This document shows positions 8,118-16,524 of a DNA stretch of 40,692 nt, one piece after another. The DNA comes from a virus (Duplodnaviria; Caudoviricetes): positions 1 through 40,692 of the IMG/VR virus record IMGVR_UViG_3300006040_000004. One strand, 5' to 3'. How positions within the stretch are numbered: position 1 is the first letter of the stretch; each line of letters begins with the position of its first letter. The notes under the pieces were generated by a model. The model did not search any database, had not been told where the DNA came from, and worked only from the letters and a program-made list of their open reading frames with translations. The position numbers and the translations under genes are program-made.

Positions 8118-8468
8118 CTACCCATTTTCATTTCGGCATGGTGACGGGTTTTCATCAAACCGTACCGCCTTGATAGTTTTCTCTCCGGTCAGTATCGCCT
8201 TCATAATCCTGTGCCTTCCGTCCATTAATTCACCGTCTTCGTCAAGGATTATCGGCTTTGTTAAGTCGGCTTCATTAACCGCCCGCATATGCATGACCAT
8301 TTCCCGAAGTGTTAACTCTTTATAAGTATAAAAAACGTTCAAGTGGTCAATCGGAATCTCCATTACGGGCATCTCTCGCGCCAGCTCAAATAGTCTTGGA
8401 ACACTCCAAGAAAGCCGACCGAGCATACACATCTGATCTTTTGGGGCGAGCCATTTATCAATCTTCAT
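8118..8468 (-). CDS. Cassette ParB/Srx-like domain protein
   Basis: PIILDEDGELMDGRHRIMKA motif. Confidence 0.8.
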   Translation of the reverse strand: MKIDKWLAPKDQMCMLGRLSWSVPRLFELAREMPVMEIPIDHLNVFYTYKELTLREMVMHMRAVNEADLTKPIILDEDGELMDGRHRIMKAILTGEKTIKAVRFDENPSPCRNENG

Positions 8469-8481
8469 TCCAATACCCTAT

Positions 8482-8559
8482 GTCTAACACTACGTTTAAG
8501 GTTCGTTCGCTCCGCTCACCGGACTGGCTACGCCAGCCGCCTTAACTCAGGCGTTAGCC
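8482..8559 (+). other. attC site
   Basis: GTCTAACACTACGTTTAAGG ... CCTTAACTCAGGCGTTAGCC. Confidence 0.88.
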
Positions 8560-8590
8560 GCCACCAGCATCACCAGTGGCGGCAGGTCAG

Positions 8591-8815
8591 TTAGAAGAAA
8601 GTCGGTTGCGCCACGGCGCGGGTGAGCGCCATCAGGCCGGTCTGAAAATCAGTAGCGCCGATGCTGACCCACCGCTGATCAAGCCCTTCAGTTGAGCGGA
8701 GCTTTGCCACAAGCTCACCCAGCTCGGCTCCTTTAGTCTTGATCTCGTTCATTGCCGCAATCTCGGCTTCGTTCAGTTCGCGATAGCCCTTGATCTGTCT
8801 ATGTTGGTTTTCCAT
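8591..8815 (-). CDS. acb2: Anti-CBASS cyclic-oligonucleotide sponge, Acb2 family
   Basis: MENQHRQIKGYRELNEAEIAAMNEIK...RWVSIGATDFQTGLMALTRAVAQP matches the Acb2 family pattern (NQH..IKGYR.L..EI..MN..K; RW..IG.TD.QTG.MA..RA.AQP), recalled from knowledge. Confidence 0.9.
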   Translation of the reverse strand: MENQHRQIKGYRELNEAEIAAMNEIKTKGAELGELVAKLRSTEGLDQRWVSIGATDFQTGLMALTRAVAQPTFF

Positions 8816-8855
8816 TGCGCATCCTCTGTATTGTACCGCTGCATTATCGGGCGCA

Positions 8856-8890
8856 GCGGCGAAGCCGTCGCGTTGAACGCCGGGTTAGCC
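8856..8890 (-). other. Half attC site in inverted orientation
   Basis: Minus strand reads GGCTAACCCGGCGTTCAACGCGACGGCTTCGCCGC; the partner half is missing. Confidence 0.6.
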
Positions 8891-8899
8891 GCGCTTTAA

Positions 8900-9073
8900 C
8901 TATGTGATATACGCCAAATCATTGCGTGGTATTTTTTCCAAAAAGTCTTCACATTCCCGCATCGTTTCAAATCTGTTTCCGTCGATGTTTATTGACCCAT
9001 CTGAGTTTTGAGTGAGGTCAACGCCCCTGTTTTTGCATGGCTGACGCAAATTAAAGATAAAAATAGAATTCAT
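8900..9073 (-). CDS. Cassette hypothetical protein (57 aa)
   Basis: AAGGAG RBS before ATG 9073. Confidence 0.65.
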   Translation of the reverse strand: MNSIFIFNLRQPCKNRGVDLTQNSDGSINIDGNRFETMRECEDFLEKIPRNDLAYIT

Positions 9074-9089
9074 TGGTATTCTCCTTGCC

Positions 9090-9179
9090 GTATAACCCAA
9101 CATTCAAGCGGGACGCGCTTGAAGCGCCTGATGTTGTCTGGTCGGTCATTTATGCGCGCCCCTTAATTCTGCGTTATAC
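9090..9179 (+). other. attC site
   Basis: GTATAACCCAACATTCAAGCGGGACGCGC ... GCGCGCCCCTTAATTCTGCGTTATAC. Confidence 0.85.
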
Positions 9180-9661
9180 GTCATCAACACTTCGTCCAAG
9201 AGTCTCGGCGCAAGGGCTGTATGCTCGACCGAAACGCAGATGTATCTTTTATCGTCAATCGCTTTACTGTGAAGGTGTCCGTGCAGATTAGCCACGTATC
9301 TAGTTTCAAGTTGAGACGGATGCACCGGGACGTGTGTCAAAATGCACCCACGCAATTCTGCCGCACCAAAAATCTTGCCGAAGTATTGCTGGTAAATTTC
9401 AAGCGGGTAAACATCATGGTTGCCAAGCACCAATCGCTTTATGCCGTTTAGTTGTCCAAGAATAGTATGGTTATCCCGTCCGCCCATGAACACATCGCCC
9501 AAGTGCCAAACCGTGTCTTTTGGCTTTACTGTGGCATTCCACCGCTCAACCAAAACACGATCATGCTCTTCAATCGTGGCGAACGGACGATCCACGGGCT
9601 CAAATTCGATCACTTTTTTGTGGCCGAAATGGGTGTCCGAGATTACAAAAACTCTGTTCAT
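9146..9661 (-). CDS. Cassette calcineurin-like metallophosphoesterase
   Basis: SDTHFGH, LGD, GNHD, THVP, HGHLH motifs; C-terminus encoded by attC. Confidence 0.9.
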   Translation of the reverse strand: MNRVFVISDTHFGHKKVIEFEPVDRPFATIEEHDRVLVERWNATVKPKDTVWHLGDVFMGGRDNHTILGQLNGIKRLVLGNHDVYPLEIYQQYFGKIFGAAELRGCILTHVPVHPSQLETRYVANLHGHLHSKAIDDKRYICVSVEHTALAPRLLDEVLMTYNAELRGAHK

Positions 9662-9678
9662 AAAACTCCAAAAATGAC

Positions 9679-9705
9679 GTATACCCCTTAACTCAGGCGT
9701 TAGCC
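9679..9705 (+). other. Internally deleted attC
   Basis: GTATA joined directly to CCCCTTAACTCAGGCGTTAGCC; the right half matches the 8482-8559 site. Confidence 0.65.
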
Positions 9706-9709
9706 CCCA

Positions 9710-9886
9710 TCATCGCAGCCTGTACTCATAATAAACTTCAGAGCAGTGCACCGTGCTCGTCACGTCTAGAGTGCATGGGCGAATGGATATGATCTTCGTC
9801 GCACGCAACATGTTGACGTAGTGAAAAAGTTCCTCCATTGTGCTCCAATACACTTTCGCATTTCTGTAGCTAATTATTTCTGTCAC
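9710..9886 (-). CDS. Cassette hypothetical protein (58 aa)
   Basis: Not in ORF track; AGGGGG RBS, GTG start, MTEIISYRNAKVYWSTMEELFHYVNMLR... Confidence 0.55.
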   Translation of the reverse strand: MTEIISYRNAKVYWSTMEELFHYVNMLRATKIISIRPCTLDVTSTVHCSEVYYEYRLR

Positions 9887-9902
9887 ATCATCCCCCTATA
9901 GC

Positions 9903-9957
9903 CTCTAACCCAACATTGGAGCCGACCGCTACGCGTCGGCTCAACTATGCGTTATTC
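9903..9957 (+). other. Terminal attC of array 1, overlapping the helicase stop
   Basis: CTCTAACCCAACATTGGAGCCGACCGCTACGCGTCGGCTCAACTATGCGTTATTC. Confidence 0.85.
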
Positions 9958-11527
9958 TCCCCTTTAAAATCTCAGCGTCCGCACGGCCCAACGCCTGCGC
10001 ACTCGCCACATCTATGCCAAATTCGATATAAAACCGCCGTTGCGCGGCGCGTAGGTCGTCACCTTGCGCCCCACCCCAGATCGCCATCGCGCCCCGTAAC
10101 GCCTCTTGCGCTTCGGTCTTCTCCCGGTGGCGCTTCCGTACCGCCCCAATCACTTCAGGCGCCGCGCCGTAGGGTATAACGAGGGGTTTATCTATCTCGC
10201 CCCGTAGCCGTGCCAACGCTTCAGGGGACAGTTCGGCCAGATCGCCGTCCACATGTTCCGGGAGAGTGCGTAGCGCAGGCGTCCAGGCGAACCCACAATA
10301 CGGGCACGCGCTGAGGACTTTGTGGTACACCCCTGTGCACTCCACGCAGATGCGGGTCGGCGTGATCTCTACAGTTGAACGACTGCGGCGTTCTTGACGA
10401 TCCAGCGTCCATACGCGGGGGGAGTCGGGCAGGCCGTGCCGGTGGACGTTCCCCACGTGGTCGATAATAATTCCGCGTGTTTTCCCGTCCATCTTTCGTA
10501 ACGCCCGCCCGACCTGCTGTAGATATAGCGCCAGGCTGCACGTAGGGCGCGCCAGACTCACCACTTCGATCGCGGGTAAGTCGAACCCTTCCCCGAACAG
10601 ATCGACGTTGACCAGTTGTAGCAGCTCTCTCGCCCGGAGACGGCGTAGGATTTCCGCTCGCAGCGGCGCGGGTGTTTTGGCGCTCACGACTTCGGCGGGC
10701 ACTCCTGCCGCACGAAAGGCACTCGCCATTTCCGTGGCGCTCTCCACGTCTACGGTGAAAGTTATCCCGAGTTTCCCCGCCGCGATCCGCAGGTAATGCC
10801 CCACTATGTCGCCTACAATTGTGCGAGATGCGTGGACGGCGGCGGCTACGGCGGGAGGGCTAAAATCGCCACCTGCGCTTAACGGAATGTGAGACGTGTC
10901 AACATCGGAGGGCGGGGCGAATATCCGGTAGGATGACAGCCACCCTTCCTGCATGAGTTCCCGCGTTGTCGGCCCTTCCACCATGATGTCCAGTACCCCG
11001 TCCGCGTGTCGCCCCAAACCACGACCGTCCGCACGACGCGGCGTGGCGGTCACACCGAGACCCCGTGCGTTCGGGAACATGGAGACGGCGTTCCCCCACT
11101 TGTTGCCGCGTTGGAGGTGGTGCGCTTCGTCACACACCCACAGCCGTACCTGGGCGAACCAGGGGAGTTTCGCGTTCATCCTCACCAGCGTGTCCACCCC
11201 CGCCACGGCGCACCGAGCCTGGGGGTCTACAAAGTTACGGCCGGCGTCCCGAAGGTGGGCACGTGTACACTCTCGTGCCAGGTCAGGCGAGCCGATAATC
11301 CGGTGCTTGACCTCGTTTTGCGCGAGCGCCATACTGATCTGCCCCACTAGTTCCTGCCGATGCGCGATCGCTACGGACGCGCCGCGTTCCTCTCGGATGA
11401 GGTCAGAGAAAACTACAGTTTTGCCCCCGCCCGTCGGGATCACGAGCAGCACGTTCTGCGCGCCGTCACTCCACGCCGACAGAACGTCATGCTTCGCGTC
11501 TTGTTGGAAGGGGTACAGCGTTTTCAT
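9941..11527 (-). CDS. SF2 DEAH helicase with C-terminal zinc finger
   Basis: PTGGGKT, DEAHH, TATP, QQVGRALR, CVEC...CPYC. Confidence 0.93.
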   Translation of the reverse strand: MKTLYPFQQDAKHDVLSAWSDGAQNVLLVIPTGGGKTVVFSDLIREERGASVAIAHRQELVGQISMALAQNEVKHRIIGSPDLARECTRAHLRDAGRNFVDPQARCAVAGVDTLVRMNAKLPWFAQVRLWVCDEAHHLQRGNKWGNAVSMFPNARGLGVTATPRRADGRGLGRHADGVLDIMVEGPTTRELMQEGWLSSYRIFAPPSDVDTSHIPLSAGGDFSPPAVAAAVHASRTIVGDIVGHYLRIAAGKLGITFTVDVESATEMASAFRAAGVPAEVVSAKTPAPLRAEILRRLRARELLQLVNVDLFGEGFDLPAIEVVSLARPTCSLALYLQQVGRALRKMDGKTRGIIIDHVGNVHRHGLPDSPRVWTLDRQERRSRSTVEITPTRICVECTGVYHKVLSACPYCGFAWTPALRTLPEHVDGDLAELSPEALARLRGEIDKPLVIPYGAAPEVIGAVRKRHREKTEAQEALRGAMAIWGGAQGDDLRAAQRRFYIEFGIDVASAQALGRADAEILKGRITHS

Positions 11528-11539
11528 ATTTCTACCGCT

Positions 11540-11634
11540 ATTGACTTGTTCGTCAATATCCCACAGACTGCAAGCTCTGTCAAACGAATTATTTTTAACG
11601 ATTCGTACCGAGGGCTATTGACAACTCCGTCAGT
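11540..11634. promoter_or_regulatory. Candidate operators ATTGAC-N6-GTCA(A/G)T
   Basis: ATTGACTTGTTCGTCAAT (11540-11557) and ATTGACAACTCCGTCAGT (11617-11634), each overlapping one promoter. Confidence 0.55.
11555..11583 (-). promoter_or_regulatory. Sigma70-type promoter for the leftward operon
   Basis: TTGACA-17 bp-GATATT on the minus strand. Confidence 0.6.
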
Positions 11635-11646
11635 AACGATTATGGT
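11618..11646 (+). promoter_or_regulatory. Sigma70-type promoter for the rightward operon
   Basis: TTGACA-17 bp-TATGGT. Confidence 0.7.
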
Positions 11647-11681
11647 AGCGGCTCGGATTGACGAACTCTAGGAGACGAACG

Positions 11682-12323
11682 ATGAAGATTGAGATTGACA
11701 CGATGGTGGACAGCCCGGAGTACTTAGCTCTGTTGGCGGGCTTGTTGCGGGGTTTGGCGAAAGCAGGCTTCGCCCCGGTCGCTGACGATGATCCCGACGA
11801 AGACGACGGTGGCACCATACCCTCGTTTACATATGTGCCGCAGGAGATTCCGACCCCTAACCTCGTCCCGACGCCGCCCCTGCCGTCCGTACCGACACGC
11901 GTCGTGCCGAACCGTCCGCCCGTTTCCCTCGATCTCGCGGGGGATGTCGAACTGGATTCCGCTGGCGTGCCGTGGGACGGTCGCATCCACAGTGTGGGTA
12001 AGTCCAAGGTCGCGAACGGTACGTGGAGACTCCGCCGGGGCGTAGACCCCGACGTGGTGAAGTCCGCCGAGGCAGAACACCAATTCGCCCCGGTCGCACC
12101 GCCGCCGCCACCGCCAACCAGCGTGCCTTCTGTACCTGCCGCAGCGGTTATGTCGTTCGGCACACTGATGCAGCGCATTACCGCCCAAACGACAAGTGGC
12201 GAAAGGTCTCCCGGCGAAGTGGCCGCCGCGCTCCGTGAGGCCGGACTCCCCACAATCCCAGTACTGGCGACACGCCCCGACCTGATCGGTCAAGCCGCGC
12301 ACGCTTTGGGGTTCGCGTTATGA
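11682..12323 (+). CDS. Pro-rich phage hypothetical protein
   Basis: AGGAG RBS; DSAGVPWDGRIHS...GTWRLRRGV; lies upstream of the DUF2800-like nuclease. Confidence 0.75.
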   Translation: MKIEIDTMVDSPEYLALLAGLLRGLAKAGFAPVADDDPDEDDGGTIPSFTYVPQEIPTPNLVPTPPLPSVPTRVVPNRPPVSLDLAGDVELDSAGVPWDGRIHSVGKSKVANGTWRLRRGVDPDVVKSAEAEHQFAPVAPPPPPPTSVPSVPAAAVMSFGTLMQRITAQTTSGERSPGEVAAALREAGLPTIPVLATRPDLIGQAAHALGFAL

Positions 12324-13438
12324 TCCAAGAGCATGCAATTCTCGCGCCATCAAGTGCGCATCGGTGGGTGCAGTGCCCTGGGTCGGTCGCCATGGAGGCG
12401 GCGTTCCCGGAGCTTGAAGAGTCCGAATCCGCCAAGGAGGGCACGGCGGCGCATTGGGTGTGCGAACAGACTTTCATCGGGAGTCCCCCGGCGGAGGGTT
12501 CCCTCGCCCCGAACGGTATGGCCGTCACGGGTGAAATGCTCGACGGTGCGGAGGTTTGGTGCGCAACGATGCCGACCCGCCACGCCCCCTTCCCCATCCA
12601 TATCGAGCGGCGCGTTGACTGTCCCCGGATTCATTCGGAGTGTTGGGGCACGCCGGACGCATTTTACTTCGACGAAGACGCAGGGGTTGTTGCGATCCGG
12701 GATTACAAATTCGGGCACCGCCACGTGCCGGTCTACGAGAACCAGCAGCTCATGACCTACGCGGCGGGCATCCTCGATCACCTCCAGATTAACGGGTTCA
12801 CCGAACAATCCACCACGGTTGAGTTCGTCGTTGTGCAACCGCGCGATTTCCACGCGGACGGCCCGGTGCGGACGTGGCGGATCAATGCTTCGGCACTACG
12901 GGGATATTTCAACATCCTGACAGGCAAGGCCATCGAAGCGATGGGGCTGGAGGCACGTCTGGTGCCAAGCCCCGACGCGTGCCGGGACTGCAAGGCGCGC
13001 CACGCCTGCGTTGCCGCGCAGACCGAGGCGGCTGGCGCGCTGGACACAGTGTACGGCCACGTCATGCCGCGCACTCCGTCCCCCGTCGAGATGGGGAAGA
13101 TGCTCCAAAAACTTGACGCGGCGATCGACATGGCGAAAGCCTACCGATCCGGTCTCGAAGAGGAAGCGAAGCAGATCATCCGTCGTGGCGAACGTGTGCC
13201 GGGGTGGAGTCTGCAAGCGGGGCAGGGCAGGGAACGGTGGGCACGCCCCATCGGGGAAGTCATCGCACTGGGCGAAATGATGGGCATCAGTGTGTCCCAA
13301 CCCGGCGCGATTACCCCTAAACAGGCGATTAAAGCAGGTCTTTCGGCGGAGGTCGTCCGGGCGTATTCGGAGACCCCCACTGGAGAAGTAAAACTCGTTC
13401 CTATGGAACGTATCGAGTTCAACCAAGGAGTAAATTAA
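12320..13438 (+). CDS. DUF2800 / Cas4-like PD-(D/E)XK exonuclease
   Basis: HAILAPSSAHRWVQCPGS, EGTAAH, WGTPD, DYKFG, QLMTYA, C..C..C. Confidence 0.88.
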   Translation: MIQEHAILAPSSAHRWVQCPGSVAMEAAFPELEESESAKEGTAAHWVCEQTFIGSPPAEGSLAPNGMAVTGEMLDGAEVWCATMPTRHAPFPIHIERRVDCPRIHSECWGTPDAFYFDEDAGVVAIRDYKFGHRHVPVYENQQLMTYAAGILDHLQINGFTEQSTTVEFVVVQPRDFHADGPVRTWRINASALRGYFNILTGKAIEAMGLEARLVPSPDACRDCKARHACVAAQTEAAGALDTVYGHVMPRTPSPVEMGKMLQKLDAAIDMAKAYRSGLEEEAKQIIRRGERVPGWSLQAGQGRERWARPIGEVIALGEMMGISVSQPGAITPKQAIKAGLSAEVVRAYSETPTGEVKLVPMERIEFNQGVN

Positions 13439-13439
13439 C

Positions 13440-14330
13440 ATGACACAAGTAATATTCCCCGTAGGCAGAATGGTCGGTGGCGACCTGTACACCCTGGAGC
13501 CGGTCGTAGACAAACACGGTGTTCAGAAAATCAACAAAGCCGGACAGCCGTCTTTTTCGTGTTCGGTCGGTGTGGCTATCAAAAAAGGTGCCGAGGCGCA
13601 CTGGGCGGAGACGGCCTGGGGTACGGAGATCCACAGCATTGGAAAGGCAGGATACCCTCAGGAACACGCGTCCCCTTTCTTTGCATGGAAAATCAAGGAC
13701 GGTGATTCCCTCGTGCCCAATAAGAAAGGGCGCGTAGCGAGGGATAACGAGAACTACCGAGGGCACTGGATCGTCTGGTTTAGCCAGAGCTGGTTGCCTG
13801 CTTTGTTCGCGCGGGTGGCTACGGGCAAACTGCGGGAATTGGGGTTGACTGAAAAAGTGCGACTTGGTGACTACCTCCAGGTACAAGGCGACATCAAGGA
13901 TAATCGCCCCAGTGAGTCACCGGGGGTGTACCTGAACCCGTCGGCAGTTCTGTTCGTCGGGGAAGGAGAACGTATCGCTTCTGAGGTGGACGTAAGCGCG
14001 CTTGAATCGGCACCCGCTGCCGCCCTGCCCCCTGGCGCCCGTCCCCTGACGCCTGCCGTGGCTGGATTCGGTGCGCCCGCTGCCGCCCTGCCCCCTGGCG
14101 CCCGTCCCCTGACGCCTGCCGTGGCTGGATTCGGTGCGCCCGCTGCCGTGGCTCCCCCTGTAGTCGTGCCGAACCCTGCGTTCCTCCAGGTGCCACCGCC
14201 CGCCCCACGCCCTCCCGCCGTACCTGCCGCACGGGTTATGACCCCCGCCGCGCAAGGTGCGACTTACGCTCAGATGATCGAAGCTGGGTGGACTGAGGAG
14301 TTGTTGGTACAGCACGGAATGGTGGCATAA
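13440..14330 (+). CDS. Single-stranded DNA-binding protein (DUF2815-like)
   Basis: Position between nuclease and polymerase; WKIKDGD, PGVYLN motifs. Confidence 0.75.
   Translation: MTQVIFPVGRMVGGDLYTLEPVVDKHGVQKINKAGQPSFSCSVGVAIKKGAEAHWAETAWGTEIHSIGKAGYPQEHASPFFAWKIKDGDSLVPNKKGRVARDNENYRGHWIVWFSQSWLPALFARVATGKLRELGLTEKVRLGDYLQVQGDIKDNRPSESPGVYLNPSAVLFVGEGERIASEVDVSALESAPAAALPPGARPLTPAVAGFGAPAAALPPGARPLTPAVAGFGAPAAVAPPVVVPNPAFLQVPPPAPRPPAVPAARVMTPAAQGATYAQMIEAGWTEELLVQHGMVA
14013..14148 (+). repeat. 63-bp perfect tandem duplication in the SSB tail
   Basis: PAAALPPGARPLTPAVAGFGA twice, plus a partial third copy. Confidence 0.9.
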
Positions 14331-14331
14331 C

Positions 14332-16524
14332 GTGACAAACCGAACCGCCTCCATCGACTTCGAGACGTACTCCGAGGCGGGGTACGTCTGGGCCGGGAAA
14401 TGGGGAGCGCTTCCTGGTGCGTCGCAGGGCAAGAAAGGACTCGGGGTGGTGGGAACCTCCGTTTACTCGGAACACCCCAGTACTGAAGTTCTCACCATGT
14501 CCTACGACATTGGAGACGGTTCGCGTAACTGGCAACCGGGGGCACTCCCTCCGGTCGCTCTTTTTGCACACATTCGAGGGGGTGGCATCGTTAAAGCGTG
14601 GAACACCCGCTTCGAATACCTAATTTGGAATAACGTGTGCGTGCCGAAGTACGGCTGGCCGCCGTTACCCTTGAGTCAATTAAGGGACACGATGGCGAAG
14701 TCTCGGGCGCACGCGTTACCCGGCAAGCTGGGCAAGGCCGCAGAAGTCCTCGGTCTTACCGAACAGAAAGACCCAGACGGCGACCGACTGATTAAAAAAT
14801 TCAGTATGCCGCGCAACCCGACAAAGAAAGACCCGCGCACGCGAATACGGCTCATGAGCGAACCCGTCGATGGCCCCCTCATGCTCGCGTACTGTGACCA
14901 GGACGTGCGGGCGGAAGCCGCAGCAGACGTGGCGATCCCCGACCTGTCCGCCGCTGAGACGGAGGTGTGGCTGCTCGACCAAGAGATCAACGAACGGGGC
15001 GTGATGCTCGACATGGACGGCGTGCAGAGCTGCATCGCCGTGATCGAACAGGCGCACGCTCAGTACAACGAGGAACTGCGCGCACTGACGGGCGGTACGG
15101 TGTCTCGTGCCAGCGAACTCCAGAAACTCATCGGCTGGCTGGGAGCGCAGGGCGTACACACTGAGAGTCTCGATGAGGAACATCTGTCCGAGTTGCTGCG
15201 GGCGCCTGAGTTGCTGCCCCCGCAAGCCCGACGCGCCCTTGAGATACGGGAGGCCATCGGTAGCGCCGCCGTGAAGAAGGTATTCGCCATGCGGAACGCG
15301 GTGTCGAAGGACGGACACCTTCGCGATCTCTACCTGTACCACGGCGCGCGCACTGGGCGGGTAACGGGCGCGGGCGCACAGCCGACCAACATGCCCAACA
15401 GTGCGGGGGTCTACGCCACACGGTGCGAGGCGTGCGAACGCCACTACGGGGCGGGGATCAAGGACTGCCCGTGGTGCGGCTGCTCCGGCGACCTGTCCCA
15501 CCAGGTAGAATGGGGTGTGCCCGCCGCGCAGGACGCACTGGAGGTGATCGGCACACAGAACCTTAACGCAGTGGAGCATTTCTACGGCGACGCCATGCAG
15601 GCCGTCTCCGGCTGTCTACGCAGTCTGTTCGTCGCCGCGCCCGGCCACGACCTGATCTGTTCGGACTACTCCAGCATCGAGGCGGTCGTACTCGCCATGC
15701 TGTCCGGGGAACCGTGGCGCATCGACGTGTTCAGGACGCACGGGAAGATTTACGAAATGTCCGCCGCGAAGATCGCAGGCGTTTCGTTCGAGGCCATGCT
15801 TGAACACAAGAAAACAACCGGGCAACACCACCCCCTCCGCAAGCTGGGCAAGGTGGCAGAACTCGCCAGCGGCTACCAGGGGTGGATCGGGTCGTGGGTG
15901 CAGTTCGGTGCGGACGAGTTCTTGCCCGAGGAAGAAATAAAAACGGCGATCCTCGCTTGGCGTGCGGCGAGTCCGGCGATCGTGGAGCTATGGGGCGGGC
16001 AGGAGCGTAACTGGCAACCGGAGCTGTTCGGCGTGGAGGGCGCGTTCATCACCGCCATGCAGTACCCCGGTCGCGTCTTCTTCGTGCGGGGCCTGCGGTT
16101 TCGGATGTGGGGAGACGCGGTATATATCCGACTGCCCTCGGGACGGGAGCTGACGTACCATCGGCCACGTCTAGGGCCGAGTGACCGACGACCTGGCACG
16201 TACGCCATCAGTTTCGAGGGGTGGAACAGTAATCCCAAGAACGGCCCCGTCGGCTGGATAGTCCTGCGGACGTGGGGTGGTCGTCTGGTGGAGAACGTCG
16301 TACAGGCCATCGCACGGGATATTCAGTGGCACGGCCTCCTGGCGTTACGTGCGGCAGGGTATCCTACGGTTCTCCACGTCTACGACGAGAACGTGTGCGA
16401 GGTACCGGAGGGGTTTGGCAGTATCGAAGAGCTCGAGGCGATCATGGGCCGGATGCCCGAGTGGGCGGCGGATTGGCCGATTCGGGCACAGGGTGGATGG
16501 CGCGGTAAGAGGTATCGTAAATGA
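14332..16524 (+). CDS. Family A DNA polymerase with 3'-5' exonuclease
   Basis: IDFET, TGR, SDYSSIEA, RKLGKVAELASGYQG, HVYDE. Confidence 0.93.
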   Translation: MTNRTASIDFETYSEAGYVWAGKWGALPGASQGKKGLGVVGTSVYSEHPSTEVLTMSYDIGDGSRNWQPGALPPVALFAHIRGGGIVKAWNTRFEYLIWNNVCVPKYGWPPLPLSQLRDTMAKSRAHALPGKLGKAAEVLGLTEQKDPDGDRLIKKFSMPRNPTKKDPRTRIRLMSEPVDGPLMLAYCDQDVRAEAAADVAIPDLSAAETEVWLLDQEINERGVMLDMDGVQSCIAVIEQAHAQYNEELRALTGGTVSRASELQKLIGWLGAQGVHTESLDEEHLSELLRAPELLPPQARRALEIREAIGSAAVKKVFAMRNAVSKDGHLRDLYLYHGARTGRVTGAGAQPTNMPNSAGVYATRCEACERHYGAGIKDCPWCGCSGDLSHQVEWGVPAAQDALEVIGTQNLNAVEHFYGDAMQAVSGCLRSLFVAAPGHDLICSDYSSIEAVVLAMLSGEPWRIDVFRTHGKIYEMSAAKIAGVSFEAMLEHKKTTGQHHPLRKLGKVAELASGYQGWIGSWVQFGADEFLPEEEIKTAILAWRAASPAIVELWGGQERNWQPELFGVEGAFITAMQYPGRVFFVRGLRFRMWGDAVYIRLPSGRELTYHRPRLGPSDRRPGTYAISFEGWNSNPKNGPVGWIVLRTWGGRLVENVVQAIARDIQWHGLLALRAAGYPTVLHVYDENVCEVPEGFGSIEELEAIMGRMPEWAADWPIRAQGGWRGKRYRK

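Larger units (their letters stand above)
6974..9957. mobile_element. Integron-like gene cassette array 1 (no integrase; CALIN-like)
   Basis: Seven full and two partial attC-type sites alternating with single ORFs; visibly more AT-rich than the flanks. Confidence 0.85.

Noticed and set aside
7192-9957. Intergenic hairpins as Rho-independent terminators or REP elements
   Set aside because: They lack U-tracts, all carry TAAC/GTTA boxes with attC spacing, and they occur once per gene
12320-13438. CRISPR-associated Cas4
   Set aside because: Standard phage nuclease-SSB-polymerase context; no cas genes or array
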